58,514 bases of DNA from Lachnospiraceae bacterium (GTDB lineage Bacteria > Bacillota_I > Bacilli_A > Erysipelotrichales > Erysipelotrichaceae), in NCBI GenBank assembly GCA_963638375.1, contig CAVHRL010000001.1, forward strand, positions 1-58,514, read 5' to 3'. The notes beneath the pieces were generated by a model, which saw only the letters and a program-made list of their open reading frames with translations, made no database searches and was not told the DNA's origin. The translations under genes and the position numbers were made by a program. Shown piece by piece: positions 12,212 through 23,887 of the stretch (positions are counted from its first letter, which is position 1; each line of letters opens with the position of its first letter).

Positions 12212-13045
12212 ATGGCAATTATTAAATACAAGCCAACCTCTAACGGACGCAGAAACATGACTACTTTGAGCAATGACCGTATCACAAAGTCAACTCCAGA
12301 AAAGTCATTACTTGCTCCTTTAAATAAGAAGGGTGGCCGCGGCAACACAGGCCGTATCACTTCCCGCCATCAAGGTGGAGGTGCTAAGCAGAAGTACAGA
12401 ATTGTAGACTTCAAGAGAAATAAGGATGATGTTCCAGCAACAGTAGCTGCAATCGAATATGATCCAAACAGAAACGCAAACATTGCTTTACTTCACTATG
12501 CTGATGGTGAAAAGAGATACATCATTGCTCCAGCAAACTTAAATGTTGGTGACAAAGTTGTTTCTGGTGAAGCTTGCGATATCAAGATTGGTAATGCAAT
12601 GCCTCTTAAGAGCATTCCAGATGGAACATTCGTTCACAATGTAGAACTTATCGCTGGTAAGGGTGGACAAATGGCTAGAGCTGCTGGATGTTCTGCTCAG
12701 ATCTTAGGTTCTGAAGGTGGTTTCGTTACATTAAGACTTTCTTCAGGCGAAGTTAGAAAAGTTCATGATAACTGCCGTGCAACAGTTGGTGTAGTAGGTA
12801 ACGGTGATTACTCATTAATCAACTGGGGTAAAGCTGGTAGAGTTAGACACATGGGCGTTCGTCCACATGTAAGAGGTTCTGCTATGAACCCTGTTGATCA
12901 CCCACACGGTGGTGGTGAAGGTAAACAACCTATCGGACGTAAGTCTCCAATGACACCTTGGGGCAAGAAGGCTATGGGTGTTAAGACTCGTAAGAAGAAG
13001 GCTTCAAGCAATAAGTATATTGTAAGAAGAAGAAACGGAAAGTAA
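12212..13045 (+). CDS. rplB: 50S ribosomal protein L2
   Basis: [23 protein letters not shown]. Confidence 0.99.
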   Translation: MAIIKYKPTSNGRRNMTTLSNDRITKSTPEKSLLAPLNKKGGRGNTGRITSRHQGGGAKQKYRIVDFKRNKDDVPATVAAIEYDPNRNANIALLHYADGEKRYIIAPANLNVGDKVVSGEACDIKIGNAMPLKSIPDGTFVHNVELIAGKGGQMARAAGCSAQILGSEGGFVTLRLSSGEVRKVHDNCRATVGVVGNGDYSLINWGKAGRVRHMGVRPHVRGSAMNPVDHPHGGGEGKQPIGRKSPMTPWGKKAMGVKTRKKKASSNKYIVRRRNGK

Positions 13046-13065
13046 TTGGAAGGAGAGAATGAGTA

Positions 13066-13335
13066 ATGTCAAGAAGCATTAAGAAGGGCCCTTTCTGCGA
13101 TGCATACCTATTAAAGAAGGTTGATGCACAGAATGCGGCAAATCAACATGAAGTAATCAAGACATGGTCACGCCGTTCAACGATTTTCCCAAGCTTCGTT
13201 GAGCACACATTCGCTGTTTACAATGGTAAGGAATTCATTCCTGTATATGTAACAGAAGATATGGTAGGCCATAAATTAGGTGAATTCGCACCTACAAGAA
13301 AATTTGGCGGACACGGTGACGATAAGGCCGCTTAA
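13066..13335 (+). CDS. rpsS: 30S ribosomal protein S19
   Basis: [28 protein letters not shown]. Confidence 0.99.
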   Translation: MSRSIKKGPFCDAYLLKKVDAQNAANQHEVIKTWSRRSTIFPSFVEHTFAVYNGKEFIPVYVTEDMVGHKLGEFAPTRKFGGHGDDKAA

Positions 13336-13350
13336 TAGGAGGAAATAAAG

Positions 13351-13686
13351 ATGGACGTAAAAGCAACAGCAAAAACAGTTCGTGTTACTCCTCGTAAGGC
13401 TAGATTGGCACTTGACCTCGTTCGTGGAAAGAACGTTAATGAAGCATTAGATATTCTTAAGTTCTTACCTAACAAGGCAGCCGCTGAAGCATACAAGGTA
13501 GTAAAGAGCGCTGCAGCAAATGCAACAAACAATTTTCAATTAAATGAAGAAGACCTTTACATCAAGGAATGCTACGCTAATGAAGGCGTTGTCCTAAAGC
13601 GTTTCATGCCTAGAGCTAAAGGTTCCGCATCAAGCATTTTCAAGAGAACTAGCCACATTACAGTAGTGGTTAGCAATGAGAGATAA
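13351..13686 (+). CDS. rplV: 50S ribosomal protein L22
   Basis: [24 protein letters not shown]. Confidence 0.99.
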   Translation: MDVKATAKTVRVTPRKARLALDLVRGKNVNEALDILKFLPNKAAAEAYKVVKSAAANATNNFQLNEEDLYIKECYANEGVVLKRFMPRAKGSASSIFKRTSHITVVVSNER

Positions 13687-13703
13687 GGGAGGAAGATCAG
13701 AAT

Positions 13704-14513
13704 ATGGGACAAAAGGTTAGTCCAATCGGCATGCGTGTCGGTGTCATCCGTGATTGGGAATCCAGATGGTATGCAGATAAGGCTGATTATGGAGATCTTC
13801 TGAACGAAGATACTAAGATCCGTGAATTCCTCGAAAAGGAACTTAAGGATGCTTACATCTCCAGAATCGAAATTGAACGTACAGGAAAGAAAGACGTTAA
13901 AGTCATTATTCGCTGTGCAAGACCTGGTGCAGTAACAGGTAAGGCTGATGAAAATGGTAAGGATAACGCTTCTAAGTTAAGAGCTAAACTTGCTAAAATG
14001 ACAGCTGGTAAAAACGTTAAGATGGACATCGTTCAGGTAGCAAATCCTGATTTAGATGCTCGTTTAGTTGCTCGTAAGATTTGCGAACAATTAGAAAACC
14101 GTCAATCTTTCAGAATTGCTCAAAAGAAGGCAATCCAACAAACAATGAGATCTGGTGCTAAAGGTATCAAGACTCTTGCTAAGGGAAGATTAGGTGGAGC
14201 TGAAATCGCTCGTCAAGAAGGCTATTCTAGAGGTGTAGTTCCTCTTCACACATTAAGAAGTGATATTGACTATGCTGCTGAAGAAGCTCAAACAACATAT
14301 GGTAAGTTAGGTGTTAAGGTTTGGATCTGCCGTGGTGAAGTATTACCTGGTCAGATGGTTAAGGAACCTGAAGCTCCAGCTGGAAGAAGAGACAACAAGC
14401 GTGGAAACAACAGACGTCCACAACGTGGTAACAGACGTCCTGCTAGAAACGCTGCTGCAGCTGAAACAAAAGCTCCTGCTGAAAACGCAGCTGCTGAAGG
14501 AGGTAATGACTAA
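13704..14513 (+). CDS. rpsC: 30S ribosomal protein S3
   Basis: [28 protein letters not shown]. Confidence 0.99.
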   Translation: MGQKVSPIGMRVGVIRDWESRWYADKADYGDLLNEDTKIREFLEKELKDAYISRIEIERTGKKDVKVIIRCARPGAVTGKADENGKDNASKLRAKLAKMTAGKNVKMDIVQVANPDLDARLVARKICEQLENRQSFRIAQKKAIQQTMRSGAKGIKTLAKGRLGGAEIARQEGYSRGVVPLHTLRSDIDYAAEEAQTTYGKLGVKVWICRGEVLPGQMVKEPEAPAGRRDNKRGNNRRPQRGNRRPARNAAAAETKAPAENAAAEGGND

Positions 14514-14935
14514 TGTTAATGCCTAATAGAACAAAATACAGAAGACCTCATAGATTAAGCTATGAAGGACGTGCAAAAGCTGGACGTGAATTAGCGTTTG
14601 GTGATTACGGTCTAGTAGCTGATGAAGGTGCTTATGTAAGTAGTGCACAATTAGAAGCTGCACGTATCGCTATGACTCGTTATATGAACCGTGGCGGTAA
14701 AGTTTGGATCAAAGTATTCCCACAACTAGCTAAAACTAAGAAGCCACTCGAAGTACGTATGGGTTCCGGTAAAGGTGCTCCAGACCATTGGGTAGCTGTA
14801 GTTCAGAAGGGAAGAATTCTCTTCGAAATCGCAGGTGTTGATGAAGCTGTCGCTAGAGAAGCTTTAAGACTTGCTGCTAACAAACTCTGCGTTAAAACAC
14901 GCTTTGTTAAGAAGAGTGAGGAGGTTACGAAGTAA
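14513..14935 (+). CDS. rplP: 50S ribosomal protein L16
   Basis: [21 protein letters not shown]. Confidence 0.99.
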   Translation: MLMPNRTKYRRPHRLSYEGRAKAGRELAFGDYGLVADEGAYVSSAQLEAARIAMTRYMNRGGKVWIKVFPQLAKTKKPLEVRMGSGKGAPDHWVAVVQKGRILFEIAGVDEAVAREALRLAANKLCVKTRFVKKSEEVTK

Positions 14936-14937
14936 TT

Positions 14938-15132
14938 ATGAATATTAAAGAAATCAGAGACCTCAGTAACGAAGAGCTCGAAAAGGAAGTCGTTTCCCTC
15001 AAGGAAGAACTCTATGACTTGAGATTCGCTCAAGCTACTGGTTCTCTTGAGAATCCAGCTCGTATCAAGGATATCAAAAAGACAATTGCACGTATGAAGA
15101 CAGTTATCACTGAACGTGCAAATGCACAATAA
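14938..15132 (+). CDS. rpmC: 50S ribosomal protein L29
   Basis: [17 protein letters not shown]; operon position. Confidence 0.97.
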   Translation: MNIKEIRDLSNEELEKEVVSLKEELYDLRFAQATGSLENPARIKDIKKTIARMKTVITERANAQ

Positions 15133-15146
15133 GGAGGGCTATTAAG

Positions 15147-15410
15147 ATGACAGAGAGAAATAGACGTAAGGTCCTTCGTGGAACAGTTGTTTCCGATAAA
15201 ATGGACAAAACAATCGTCGTAGAGATCACTACATCTAAGGCTGATCCTAAATACGGCAGACATGTTAAGTTTTCTACAAAGTTCAAGGCTCATGATGAAA
15301 ATAATGAAGCTAAAGTTGGTGACATTGTAGAAGTTATGGAAACAAGACCATTATCTAAGGACAAACACTTTAGATTAGTTAAGATTGTTGAAAAGGCAGT
15401 TATTCTTTAA
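15147..15410 (+). CDS. rpsQ: 30S ribosomal protein S17
   Basis: [25 protein letters not shown]. Confidence 0.99.
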   Translation: MTERNRRKVLRGTVVSDKMDKTIVVEITTSKADPKYGRHVKFSTKFKAHDENNEAKVGDIVEVMETRPLSKDKHFRLVKIVEKAVIL

Positions 15411-15430
15411 GACACAGGAGGAAATAAGCA

Positions 15431-15799
15431 ATGATTCAGAACGAAAGTAGATTGAACGTCGCTGACAACACTGGTGCTAAAGAATTACTAGTCATCAGAT
15501 GCTTAGGCGGCTCTAAGCGTAAGACAGCTACAATCGGTGATGTTGTTGTATGTGCTGTTAAGAGTGCTTCTCCTAACGGTTCTGTCAAGAGCGGACAGGT
15601 TGTTAAAGCTGTAATCGCAAGAACTGTTTACGGTATTAGCCGTGACAATGGTTCTTATATCAAGTTTGATGATAACGCTGCTGTTATCATTAAAGAAGAT
15701 GGTACACCGGTCGGAACACGTATCTTTGGACCGGTCGCAAGAGAACTTCGTGACAAGGGTTACATGAAGATTGTTTCCCTAGCACCAGAAGTTTTATAA
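15431..15799 (+). CDS. rplN: 50S ribosomal protein L14
   Basis: [28 protein letters not shown]. Confidence 0.99.
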   Translation: MIQNESRLNVADNTGAKELLVIRCLGGSKRKTATIGDVVVCAVKSASPNGSVKSGQVVKAVIARTVYGISRDNGSYIKFDDNAAVIIKEDGTPVGTRIFGPVARELRDKGYMKIVSLAPEVL

Positions 15800-15809
15800 G
15801 GAGGCCGAT

Positions 15810-16133
15810 ATGAAGATCAAGACAGGCGATACAGTTAAGGTTATCACAGGTCATTATAAGGGAACTATCTCTGAAGTTAAGGCAGTATTCCCAAAGACAA
15901 ACAAGATCGTTGTTGAAGGTGTCAACATGATCAAGAAGTCTTTGAAGCCTTCTCAACAGAATCCTGAAGGTGGCATTGTTGAAAAAGAAGCTCCAATCGA
16001 CGCTTCTAATGTCATGGTTTATGACAAAAAGTCTAAGTCTGCTGAAAGAGTTGGCTATAAGACAAATGATAAGGGCGAAAAAGTAAGAGTACTTAAGAAG
16101 TCCGGTACAGAAATCAAGGAGGCTAAGAAGTAA
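15810..16133 (+). CDS. rplX: 50S ribosomal protein L24
   Basis: KOW motif [23 protein letters not shown]. Confidence 0.98.
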   Translation: MKIKTGDTVKVITGHYKGTISEVKAVFPKTNKIVVEGVNMIKKSLKPSQQNPEGGIVEKEAPIDASNVMVYDKKSKSAERVGYKTNDKGEKVRVLKKSGTEIKEAKK

Positions 16134-16672
16134 TGAACCGTCTCGAACAAAAATACGTTGAAACAGTTAAGCCTTCTTTGATGAAGGAATTCAATTACTC
16201 CAGCACAATGGAAGCTCCAAAGATCGTTAAGGTTGTTATCAACATGGGTGTTGGTGATGCAATTGACAATCCAAAGAACTTAGATGAAGCTGTTGAAGAA
16301 TTGACACAAATTGCTGGTCAAAAGCCAGTTGTTACTAAGGCTAAGAAATCTATTGCGAACTTCAAACTTCGTGAAGGTATGCCAATTGGTTGTAAGGTAA
16401 CACTTCGTGGTGAAAGAATGTATGAGTTCTTAGATAAATTATTCAACATTTCTCTTCCACGTGTTAGAGACTTCCATGGTGTTAGCAACACAGCATTCGA
16501 TGGTCGTGGTAACTACACATTAGGTGTAAAAGAACAAATTATTTTCCCTGAAATCAATTTTGATAAGGTAAATAAGGTTAGAGGTATGGATGTTGTTATT
16601 GTTACAACAGCTAAGTCTAACAATGAAGCACATGCCCTATTGAAAGAAATGGGTATGCCATTTGCTAAGTAA
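16133..16672 (+). CDS. rplE: 50S ribosomal protein L5
   Basis: GQKP, FKLREG, PRVRDF, FDGRGNY. Confidence 0.99.
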   Translation: MNRLEQKYVETVKPSLMKEFNYSSTMEAPKIVKVVINMGVGDAIDNPKNLDEAVEELTQIAGQKPVVTKAKKSIANFKLREGMPIGCKVTLRGERMYEFLDKLFNISLPRVRDFHGVSNTAFDGRGNYTLGVKEQIIFPEINFDKVNKVRGMDVVIVTTAKSNNEAHALLKEMGMPFAK

Positions 16673-16689
16673 GAAAAGGAGAACATAGA

Positions 16690-16875
16690 ATGGCAAAGAC
16701 AAGTTTAAAGGTTAAGCAGTCAAGACCGGCTAAGTTCTCCACACGTGAATATACACGTTGCGAGAGATGTGGCCGTCCACACTCTGTATTAAGAAAGTAT
16801 AAAGTTTGCAGAATCTGCTTCAGAGAATTGGCTTATAAGGGTCAAATTCCTGGTGTTAAGAAGGCAAGCTGGTAA
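16690..16875 (+). CDS. rpsZ: 30S ribosomal protein S14, zinc-binding type Z
   Basis: 61 aa with CERC...[13 protein letters not shown]. Confidence 0.97.
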   Translation: MAKTSLKVKQSRPAKFSTREYTRCERCGRPHSVLRKYKVCRICFRELAYKGQIPGVKKASW

Positions 16876-16892
16876 GAAAGGGGTAACGCATT

Positions 16893-17294
16893 ATGAATAT
16901 GACAGATCCTATTGCTGACATGCTAACTAGAATCCGTAATGGTGTTCAAGCTCACATGACAACAGTTGATGTAACTCCAACTTCTAAGGTTAAGGTAGAA
17001 ATTGCTAAGATCTTAAAGTCTGAAGGTTATATTGAAAATTATGCCGTTGAAGGCGAGGGTATCGAAAAGAAGATCGTCGTTACTCTTAAGTATGATGCTA
17101 ACGATAACAAGGTTATCACAGGTATCAAGAGAATTTCTAAACCAGGTCTTCGCGTTTACGCAAAGGGAGACAATGTACCTAAGGTATTAAATGGTTTAGG
17201 TATTGCTATCATTTCTACATCTAATGGAATGATGACAGATAAAGAAGCACGTAAACAACACGTTGGCGGTGAAGTTATCGCTTACGTTTGGTAA
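16893..17294 (+). CDS. rpsH: 30S ribosomal protein S8
   Basis: [24 protein letters not shown]. Confidence 0.99.
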   Translation: MNMTDPIADMLTRIRNGVQAHMTTVDVTPTSKVKVEIAKILKSEGYIENYAVEGEGIEKKIVVTLKYDANDNKVITGIKRISKPGLRVYAKGDNVPKVLNGLGIAIISTSNGMMTDKEARKQHVGGEVIAYVW

Positions 17295-17315
17295 GAGAAA
17301 AGAAAGGAAAACTAA

Positions 17316-17864
17316 ATGTCACGTATCGGAAATAAAGCGATTACCGTTCCTGCAGGCGTTGAATTAACAATTGCTGAAGGGAATGAGGTGACTGTAAAGG
17401 GACCTAAGGGTACTCTTACAAAGACATTTTCCCCGTTGATGGAAATCTCTGTTGACGAAAATGTCATTACAGTCAAGCGTCCTAACGAGGAAAAGCACAC
17501 AAAACAGCTTCATGGAACAACTAGAGCACTTCTCAACACAATGGTTGAAGGTGTATCTGCTGGTTTCACAAAGCAATTAAAGGTTGTAGGTATTGGTTAC
17601 CGTGCAGCTTTAAAGGGTAAGACACTAAACTTAAACGTTGGTTTCTCCCACGAAGTAAATATTGATGTACCAGAAGGCGTTACTGTTGAAGTTCCTGATA
17701 ACACAACAATTAACGTAAGTGGTATTGATAAGCAGATTGTAGGTCAATTTGCTGCTAATGTAAGAGCAGTTAAGAAACCTGAACCTTATGGAGGAAAGGG
17801 CATTCGTTATGTTGATGAAAATGTCCGTCGTAAGGAAGGTAAGACAGCTGCTAGTAAGAAGTAA
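17316..17864 (+). CDS. rplF: 50S ribosomal protein L6
   Basis: MSRIG, KGPKG, PEPY.GKGIRY. Confidence 0.99.
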   Translation: MSRIGNKAITVPAGVELTIAEGNEVTVKGPKGTLTKTFSPLMEISVDENVITVKRPNEEKHTKQLHGTTRALLNTMVEGVSAGFTKQLKVVGIGYRAALKGKTLNLNVGFSHEVNIDVPEGVTVEVPDNTTINVSGIDKQIVGQFAANVRAVKKPEPYGGKGIRYVDENVRRKEGKTAASKK

Positions 17865-17884
17865 TGGGAAGGAGAGAGTAAGAC

Positions 17885-18241
17885 ATGTTTAAAATGCAAA
17901 ATAAAAACGCAGAGCGTATCCGTCGTCATAAGAGAGTACGCCGCATTGTGAATGGTACTCCTGAATGCCCAAGACTAAATGTATTCCGTTCTAACGCAAA
18001 CATTTATGCACAAGTAATTGATGATACTACAGGAAAGACACTTCTTTCTTGCAGTTCATTAGAACTTAAGTTAGAAAATGGTGGAAACATTGAAGCAGCT
18101 AAGAAGGTTGGCGAAGCAATCGCTAAGAAGTGCCTTGAAAACAATATCGAATCTATCAAATTTGATAGAGGCGGTTATGTATATCACGGAAGAGTTCAAG
18201 CTTTAGCTGATGCAGCTAGAGAAGCTGGACTCAAGTTCTAA
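17885..18241 (+). CDS. rplR: 50S ribosomal protein L18
   Basis: [21 protein letters not shown]. Confidence 0.99.
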   Translation: MFKMQNKNAERIRRHKRVRRIVNGTPECPRLNVFRSNANIYAQVIDDTTGKTLLSCSSLELKLENGGNIEAAKKVGEAIAKKCLENNIESIKFDRGGYVYHGRVQALADAAREAGLKF

Positions 18242-18260
18242 GGAAAGGAGACAGAAAAAA

Positions 18261-18842
18261 ATGCCAAATGAAAATGCAGAAGTACGTACTGCAAATACAG
18301 AAGCAGGACGTCCACAGCGTAAAGAAAATGGTCGTCGTCCTCAATTCAAGAGACGTGAACCAAAAGAATTCGACAGTGTTGTAGTCTCCATTAACCGTGT
18401 ATCTAAGACTGTTAAGGGCGGACGTAGAATGCGTTTCGCAGCACTTGTAGTTGTAGGTGATCATAAGGGCCGTATCGGTTTTGGAATGGGTAAGGCAACA
18501 GAAGTTCCTGATGCTATTCGTAAAGCTGAAGAGGCTGCTAACAAGAATGTATTTAGATGCAATCTTGTTGAAGGTACAAGAACTGTACCACATTCCGTTA
18601 AAGTTACTCACGGATCAAGTACAGTATTCTTAGCACCAGCTGCTCCTGGTACTGGAGTTATCGCTGGTGGTGCAGTTCGTAACATTCTTGAGCTTGCAGG
18701 TGTATCCGATGTTCTTTCAAAGGTTATCGGTTCTAGAACTGCTGTTAACGTAGTATATGCTACATTAGAAGCTCTCAAGTCAATGAGAACTGTAGATGAA
18801 ATTGCTAAAGCACGCGATAAGAAAGTCGCTGAAATTAGATAA
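18261..18842 (+). CDS. rpsE: 30S ribosomal protein S5
   Basis: [29 protein letters not shown] before ATG 18261. Confidence 0.99.
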   Translation: MPNENAEVRTANTEAGRPQRKENGRRPQFKRREPKEFDSVVVSINRVSKTVKGGRRMRFAALVVVGDHKGRIGFGMGKATEVPDAIRKAEEAANKNVFRCNLVEGTRTVPHSVKVTHGSSTVFLAPAAPGTGVIAGGAVRNILELAGVSDVLSKVIGSRTAVNVVYATLEALKSMRTVDEIAKARDKKVAEIR

Positions 18843-18856
18843 GGAGGGACTCTGGT

Positions 18857-19297
18857 ATGAAACTAAATGAAATGATGGCTACAGAAGGAGCTCGCTCAAC
18901 TAAGAAGAGAATTGGTCGTGGTCTTGGTTCCGGTAATGGTAAAACAGCTGGTAAGGGACACAAGGGTCAAAATGCTAGAAGCGGCGGTGGCGTTGCTATT
19001 GGTTTTGAAGGTGGACAAACTCCATTCTTCAAGAGAATGCCAAAGAGAGGTTTCACAAACTATACTCGTAAAGAGTATGCAATCGTTAACGTTGAAGATC
19101 TCAATAAATTTGATGATGGTGTAACTGTTGACTTTGCTGCAGTTAAAGCTGCAGGTTTAGTGAAGAAAGAACTTGATGGATTAAAAGTTCTTGGCAATGG
19201 TAAGTTAGAGAAGAAGTTAACAGTTAAAGCTGCTAAGTTCTCTGCTTCCGCTAAAAAAGCAATTGAAGAAGCAGGCGGAACAGCTGAGGTGCTCTAA
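18857..19297 (+). CDS. rplO: 50S ribosomal protein L15
   Basis: [17 protein letters not shown]. Confidence 0.99.
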   Translation: MKLNEMMATEGARSTKKRIGRGLGSGNGKTAGKGHKGQNARSGGGVAIGFEGGQTPFFKRMPKRGFTNYTRKEYAIVNVEDLNKFDDGVTVDFAAVKAAGLVKKELDGLKVLGNGKLEKKLTVKAAKFSASAKKAIEEAGGTAEVL

Positions 19298-19299
19298 TT

Positions 19300-20583
19300 A
19301 TGATGCGCACGTTCTCCAGCATGTTTAAGAATAAAGAAATTCGTAATAAGATTTTCTTTACTCTTGCAATGCTGTTGATCTACCGCGTAGGTTCTGCAAT
19401 TCCTGTGCCAGGTGTAGATTCTTCTGCACTTGCTGATCAAATTGCAGATAATTCTATTCTGAGTATGATGAATTTGCTTGGTGGTGGTGCACTTGAGAAA
19501 TTAAGTGTATTTGCGATGGGGGTTACTCCATACATCACCGCAAGCATTATCATTCAGCTATTGTCTATGGATGTTATTCCTGCTTTAACAGAAATGACAA
19601 AATCTGGACAAACTGGCAGAATGAAAATGGAAAAAATCACTAGATATTTAGGAGTAGTATTGTCATTTGTACAAGCATATTCCTTAGTCTATGGTTTTGA
19701 TAAGCAATATAATGTACTAACAAATTCAAATCTTTCTGGATATTTATATACGGCTACTGTTATGACTGCAGGAACAATGTTCTTGATTTGGTTAGGTGAT
19801 CGTATTTCTATGAAGGGTATTGGTAATGGTTTATCAATCATTATCTTTGCAGGTATTGTTTCTAACATGCCATCTGAATTTGTACAAGTATGGAATGTAC
19901 TTGCTGGTGGTACAACTCAAGGTGAATTGTTTAATGGTATTCTTCAATTTGCGTTGTTTGTATTACTTTATATCATCATCATTGTCTTCGTTATTGTTAT
20001 GGAGACAGCAGTTAGAAAGATTCCAATTCAGTATACAAATAGTTCAACTTATACACGTGGAAACGATGTAACATTCCTTCCATTGAAGATAAATTCTGCA
20101 TCTGTAATCCCAGTAATCTTTGCTCAGTCAATCATGACTGCTCCACAGATTGTAATTAGTTTCTTTAATCAAGATCTATATAAGACATTACAGAGCTATT
20201 TATCATTAAGTAGTTATACAGGTTTAGCCTTGTATGCTGTATTGACGATTTTGTTCACATTCTTCTATACAGAACTTCAAGTTGATCCAGAACAAATTTC
20301 TGATAACTTGAGTAAGAGTGGTGCATACATTCCTGGAATTCGTCCAGGTAATGAGACAAAAGCATACTTACATAAAGTATTGAACAGAATCACAGTATTA
20401 GGTGCAATCGCACTTGTTATCGTTGCGATTTTACCTTATATTCTTCCTATGTTTACTTCACTTCCATCTAGTATTTCAGTAGGTGGTACAGGAATTATTA
20501 TCGTAGTTGGTGTAGCTATGGAAACAATTGCTCAGTTGAAAGGTCAACTTACAACAAAAGCTTACCATGGCTTCGTTAGATAA
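19300..20583 (+). CDS. secY: Preprotein translocase SecY
   Basis: GVTPYITASII, GIGNG.S, IPGIRPG; multiple TM segments. Confidence 0.99.
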   Translation: MMRTFSSMFKNKEIRNKIFFTLAMLLIYRVGSAIPVPGVDSSALADQIADNSILSMMNLLGGGALEKLSVFAMGVTPYITASIIIQLLSMDVIPALTEMTKSGQTGRMKMEKITRYLGVVLSFVQAYSLVYGFDKQYNVLTNSNLSGYLYTATVMTAGTMFLIWLGDRISMKGIGNGLSIIIFAGIVSNMPSEFVQVWNVLAGGTTQGELFNGILQFALFVLLYIIIIVFVIVMETAVRKIPIQYTNSSTYTRGNDVTFLPLKINSASVIPVIFAQSIMTAPQIVISFFNQDLYKTLQSYLSLSSYTGLALYAVLTILFTFFYTELQVDPEQISDNLSKSGAYIPGIRPGNETKAYLHKVLNRITVLGAIALVIVAILPYILPMFTSLPSSISVGGTGIIIVVGVAMETIAQLKGQLTTKAYHGFVR

Positions 20584-20603
20584 AAACAAGAGGATTAGAA
20601 GAA

Positions 20604-21254
20604 ATGAATATCTTAATTATGGGGCCTGCTGGAGCTGGTAAGGGCACAATGTCCGACTTGATCCTAAAGGAATATGATATTCCACATATTTCCACTGGAG
20701 ATATGTTAAGAGAAAATGTTAGAAATAACACAGAACTTGGCTTGGAAGCAAAATCCTATATGGATGCTGGAAAATTAGTTCCAGATGATGTTATCAATGC
20801 CATGGTTGAAAAGAGACTTCAAGAACCTGATTGTCAAAAAGGATATCTCTTAGATGGTTTCCCTCGTACATTAGTACAAGCTGAAGCATTTGAGAAGATT
20901 GAAGAAAAGATTGGCAAACCAGTTGAGAGTGTAATTGCTCTTGAAGTTGGATTTGATACGTTAGTTGATCGAATCACTGGCAGAAGAATCTGTCCAAAGT
21001 GTGGTGCAATCTACCACATTCATAATAAGCCATCCAAAGTCGAAGGTATTTGTGATGTTTGCGGAAGTGAATTGAATCAAAGAAAAGACGATACAGTAGA
21101 ACAATTAAAAGTTCGTATGGATGAATATGAAAAGAGTACAAAACCTGTTATTGATTTCTATGCAAAGCGCAATGTTGTTACAACAATTGATGCTTCTCAA
21201 GATTCAAAGGTTGTATTTGAAAAGGTTAAAGAAACTTTATCTAAGTTAAAGTAA
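20604..21254 (+). CDS. adk: Adenylate kinase (zinc LID)
   Basis: GPAGAGKGT, HISTGD, LDGFPR, CPKC...CDVC. Confidence 0.99.
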   Translation: MNILIMGPAGAGKGTMSDLILKEYDIPHISTGDMLRENVRNNTELGLEAKSYMDAGKLVPDDVINAMVEKRLQEPDCQKGYLLDGFPRTLVQAEAFEKIEEKIGKPVESVIALEVGFDTLVDRITGRRICPKCGAIYHIHNKPSKVEGICDVCGSELNQRKDDTVEQLKVRMDEYEKSTKPVIDFYAKRNVVTTIDASQDSKVVFEKVKETLSKLK

Positions 21255-21260
21255 ATTATG

Positions 21261-21300
21261 ATCCGGGAAAGATTTCTTCTTTCCCTGGATTATTCTATTT
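21261..21300 (+). terminator. Probable terminator after adk
   Basis: ATCC-GGGAAAGA / TCTTTCCC-T-GGAT hairpin followed by a T-rich tract. Confidence 0.55.
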
Positions 21301-21494
21301 CTATAAATATTTCCAAAATAAGAAATGATTTCCTACGTTTCTTGTAAAATCCGCATGTAAAATGTACATCCGCATTTTAAGAGAGTGTCATTTCCCTGGA
21401 AATATTTCACTAATACGTAGGTTTTTTGAAAATATCAGAAGACAAAATGATTTTTTTCTGATAAAATAGACAATTGTCCGAGGAGGCAAACAAA

Positions 21495-21608
21495 ATGAAA
21501 GTAAGACCATCTGTAAAACCGATTTGTGATAAGTGCAGAGTTATCAAGCGCAAGGGCGTTGTAATGGTAATCTGTGAGAACCCTAAACATAAACAAAGAC
21601 AGGGTTAA
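21495..21608 (+). CDS. rpmJ: 50S ribosomal protein L36 (not in the ORF track)
   Basis: Translates to [46 protein letters not shown]. Confidence 0.98.
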   Translation: MKVRPSVKPICDKCRVIKRKGVVMVICENPKHKQRQG

Positions 21609-21635
21609 TTGAATAAGGGAAAAGGAGAATAAACT

Positions 21636-22001
21636 ATGCCACGTTTTGCTGGTGTCGATATTCCACGTAACAAGGTTATTGGAGTATCCCTCACATATAT
21701 TTATGGTATTGGACCTACAACAGCTAAGAAAATCTTAGCAGCTGCAGGTGTTGATGAAACAATTAGAGCATCTGAATTAACAGATGAACAAGAAACAGCT
21801 ATTCGTAATCAGATTGATGCGATTAAGACAGAAGGTGACCTTCGTCTAGAAAGAAGACTTGATATTAAGAGACTTATGGAAATTGGCTCTTATAGAGGTC
21901 TTCGTCATAGAAGAAGCTTACCAGTTCGTGGTCAACGTACAAAGACAAATGCTCGTACAAGAAAAGGACCACGTCGTACAGTAGCAAATAAGAAGAAGTA
22001 A
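21636..22001 (+). CDS. rpsM: 30S ribosomal protein S13
   Basis: [31 protein letters not shown]. Confidence 0.99.
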   Translation: MPRFAGVDIPRNKVIGVSLTYIYGIGPTTAKKILAAAGVDETIRASELTDEQETAIRNQIDAIKTEGDLRLERRLDIKRLMEIGSYRGLRHRRSLPVRGQRTKTNARTRKGPRRTVANKKK

Positions 22002-22013
22002 TAGGAGGACGAA

Positions 22014-22415
22014 ATGGCAGCTAATAAGAATAAAAAGGCCGTTACTCGTAAGAAGAAGGCTAAAAGAAATGTCGCTAAGGGCGTCGCTCATATCCACTCA
22101 ACTTTCAACAATACAATCGTTACAATCACTGATGAAGCTGGTAACGCTGTATCTTGGAGTTCCGCTGGTGCTTTAGGTTATAAGGGTTCACGTAAGTCTA
22201 CACCTTATGTAGCACAGTTAGTATCTGAAGCAGCTGGTAAGGCTGCAGTTCAGCAGGGTATGAAATCCGTTGAAGTAAATGTTAAGGGTCCAGGTGCTGG
22301 ACGTGAAGCTGCAGTTCGTTCACTGCAGACAGCTGGTTTAACAATCACAGCTATTAATGACGTTACACCAATCCCACATAACGGATGCCGTCCACCAAAG
22401 AGACCACGTGGATAA
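22014..22415 (+). CDS. rpsK: 30S ribosomal protein S11
   Basis: [30 protein letters not shown]. Confidence 0.99.
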   Translation: MAANKNKKAVTRKKKAKRNVAKGVAHIHSTFNNTIVTITDEAGNAVSWSSAGALGYKGSRKSTPYVAQLVSEAAGKAAVQQGMKSVEVNVKGPGAGREAAVRSLQTAGLTITAINDVTPIPHNGCRPPKRPRG

Positions 22416-22440
22416 TAAATAATAATAGGAGGATTGAAGC

Positions 22441-23400
22441 ATGCAGAAATTTGAACGCGCTGATTTTGAAGTAAAAGAATACGTTGAATCAGAGAATTAC
22501 GGTAAGTTTGAACTTTCTCCATTAGAGAGAGGTTTCGGAACAACTATCGGAAATGCGCTTCGCAGGGTCCTGCTGTCCTCCCTACCGGGAGCTGCGGTAT
22601 TCTCAATCAAGGTTGATGGTGTGTATCATGAATTCACAACGATCCCTGGTATCAGAGAAGACGTTTCCATGATTATCCTTCAGTTGAAAAAGTTGATCAT
22701 GACAATCGAAGATGATGATGTTTATGATTTACAAATTTCAGCAAAAGGACCATGTACATTAACAGCTGGAGATATTATTTGCCCAGCTCAGGTTGAAATC
22801 TTGAATAAGGACCTTGAAATCGCTCACCTTGAAAAAGATGTCACTTTAGAAATGGAACTTAAGGCTAAGAATGGCCGTGGTTATGTTTCTGCTGACATTA
22901 ACAAACAACTTAATCAAGGTGCATCTCAAGGAATTGGAACAGTTTATACTGATTCAATTTATACACCAATTGAAAAGGTATCCTACAATGTAGAACCTAC
23001 ACGTGTTGGTGAAGATGTAAAATATGATAGCTTAACTATGGAAATCTGGACTGATGGTTCTATTAACCCTCAAAAAGCTCTTTCCTTAGCAGCTAAGATC
23101 TTAATTGATCATTTAGATATTGTTGCTAGTATCAATGAAGACATCCTAAATATGGATAATGTCATCATGGAAGGTACAGCTGAACAACCTAATAAGGGTC
23201 AGCAGATGATGATTGAAGATTTAGATCTTTCCGTACGTTCTTACAATTGTTTAAAACGTGCTGGCATTCAGACTGTTGAAGAATTACAACAAAAGACTGA
23301 GGATGAAATGATGAGAGTCAGAAACCTTGGTAAGAAGTCATTAAAAGAAGTGAAGGAAAAGCTAATCGAACTCGGTTTAGGCTTTAAATCCTTCGACTAA
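22441..23400 (+). CDS. rpoA: RNA polymerase alpha subunit
   Basis: PLERGFGTT.GNALRR, LSVRSYNCLKR, NLGKKS. Confidence 0.99.
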   Translation: MQKFERADFEVKEYVESENYGKFELSPLERGFGTTIGNALRRVLLSSLPGAAVFSIKVDGVYHEFTTIPGIREDVSMIILQLKKLIMTIEDDDVYDLQISAKGPCTLTAGDIICPAQVEILNKDLEIAHLEKDVTLEMELKAKNGRGYVSADINKQLNQGASQGIGTVYTDSIYTPIEKVSYNVEPTRVGEDVKYDSLTMEIWTDGSINPQKALSLAAKILIDHLDIVASINEDILNMDNVIMEGTAEQPNKGQQMMIEDLDLSVRSYNCLKRAGIQTVEELQQKTEDEMMRVRNLGKKSLKEVKEKLIELGLGFKSFD

Positions 23401-23415
23401 TAGAGAGGAACGTAT

Positions 23416-23778
23416 ATGTGGAATCGTAAATTTGGTAGAAATGCTGATCATCGTAAAGCTATGCTTAGAAACCTTGCTACTTCCGTTATTCTCTACGGCA
23501 GAGTAGAAACAACAGAAGCTAAGGCTAAGGATATGCGTTCTGTAGTAGATGAATTAATCACTCTTGGTAAAAGAGGTGACTTACATGCTCGTCGTCAAGC
23601 TGCTGCTTACATTCGTAATGTAGTTGCTGATGAAGCTAAGTCTCAAACTGTACTACAGAAGTTATTTGATGAAGTAGCTCCAAAGTATGCTGATCGCAAC
23701 GGTGGTTATACACGTGTTGTTAAGACAGGCACTCGTAAGGGTGATGCTGCTCCAATGGCATACATTGAACTTGTTTAA
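23416..23778 (+). CDS. rplQ: 50S ribosomal protein L17
   Basis: [29 protein letters not shown]. Confidence 0.99.
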   Translation: MWNRKFGRNADHRKAMLRNLATSVILYGRVETTEAKAKDMRSVVDELITLGKRGDLHARRQAAAYIRNVVADEAKSQTVLQKLFDEVAPKYADRNGGYTRVVKTGTRKGDAAPMAYIELV

Positions 23779-23797
23779 TTTAATATCACAAATTATG

Positions 23798-23830
23798 AAA
23801 CCTATGGATGAAATATTCTATAGGTTTTTT
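23798..23830 (+). terminator. Alpha-operon terminator
   Basis: AAACCTATGGA...TCTATAGGTTT followed by a T run. Confidence 0.75.
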
Positions 23831-23887
23831 CTTTTTTCAGATATTATTCATATAAATTTAGAAGAAGACTGATATAATACTAAGGCA

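Noticed and set aside
22416..22440. rpsD absent between rpsK and rpoA
   Set aside because: Normal for Bacilli-type alpha operons.
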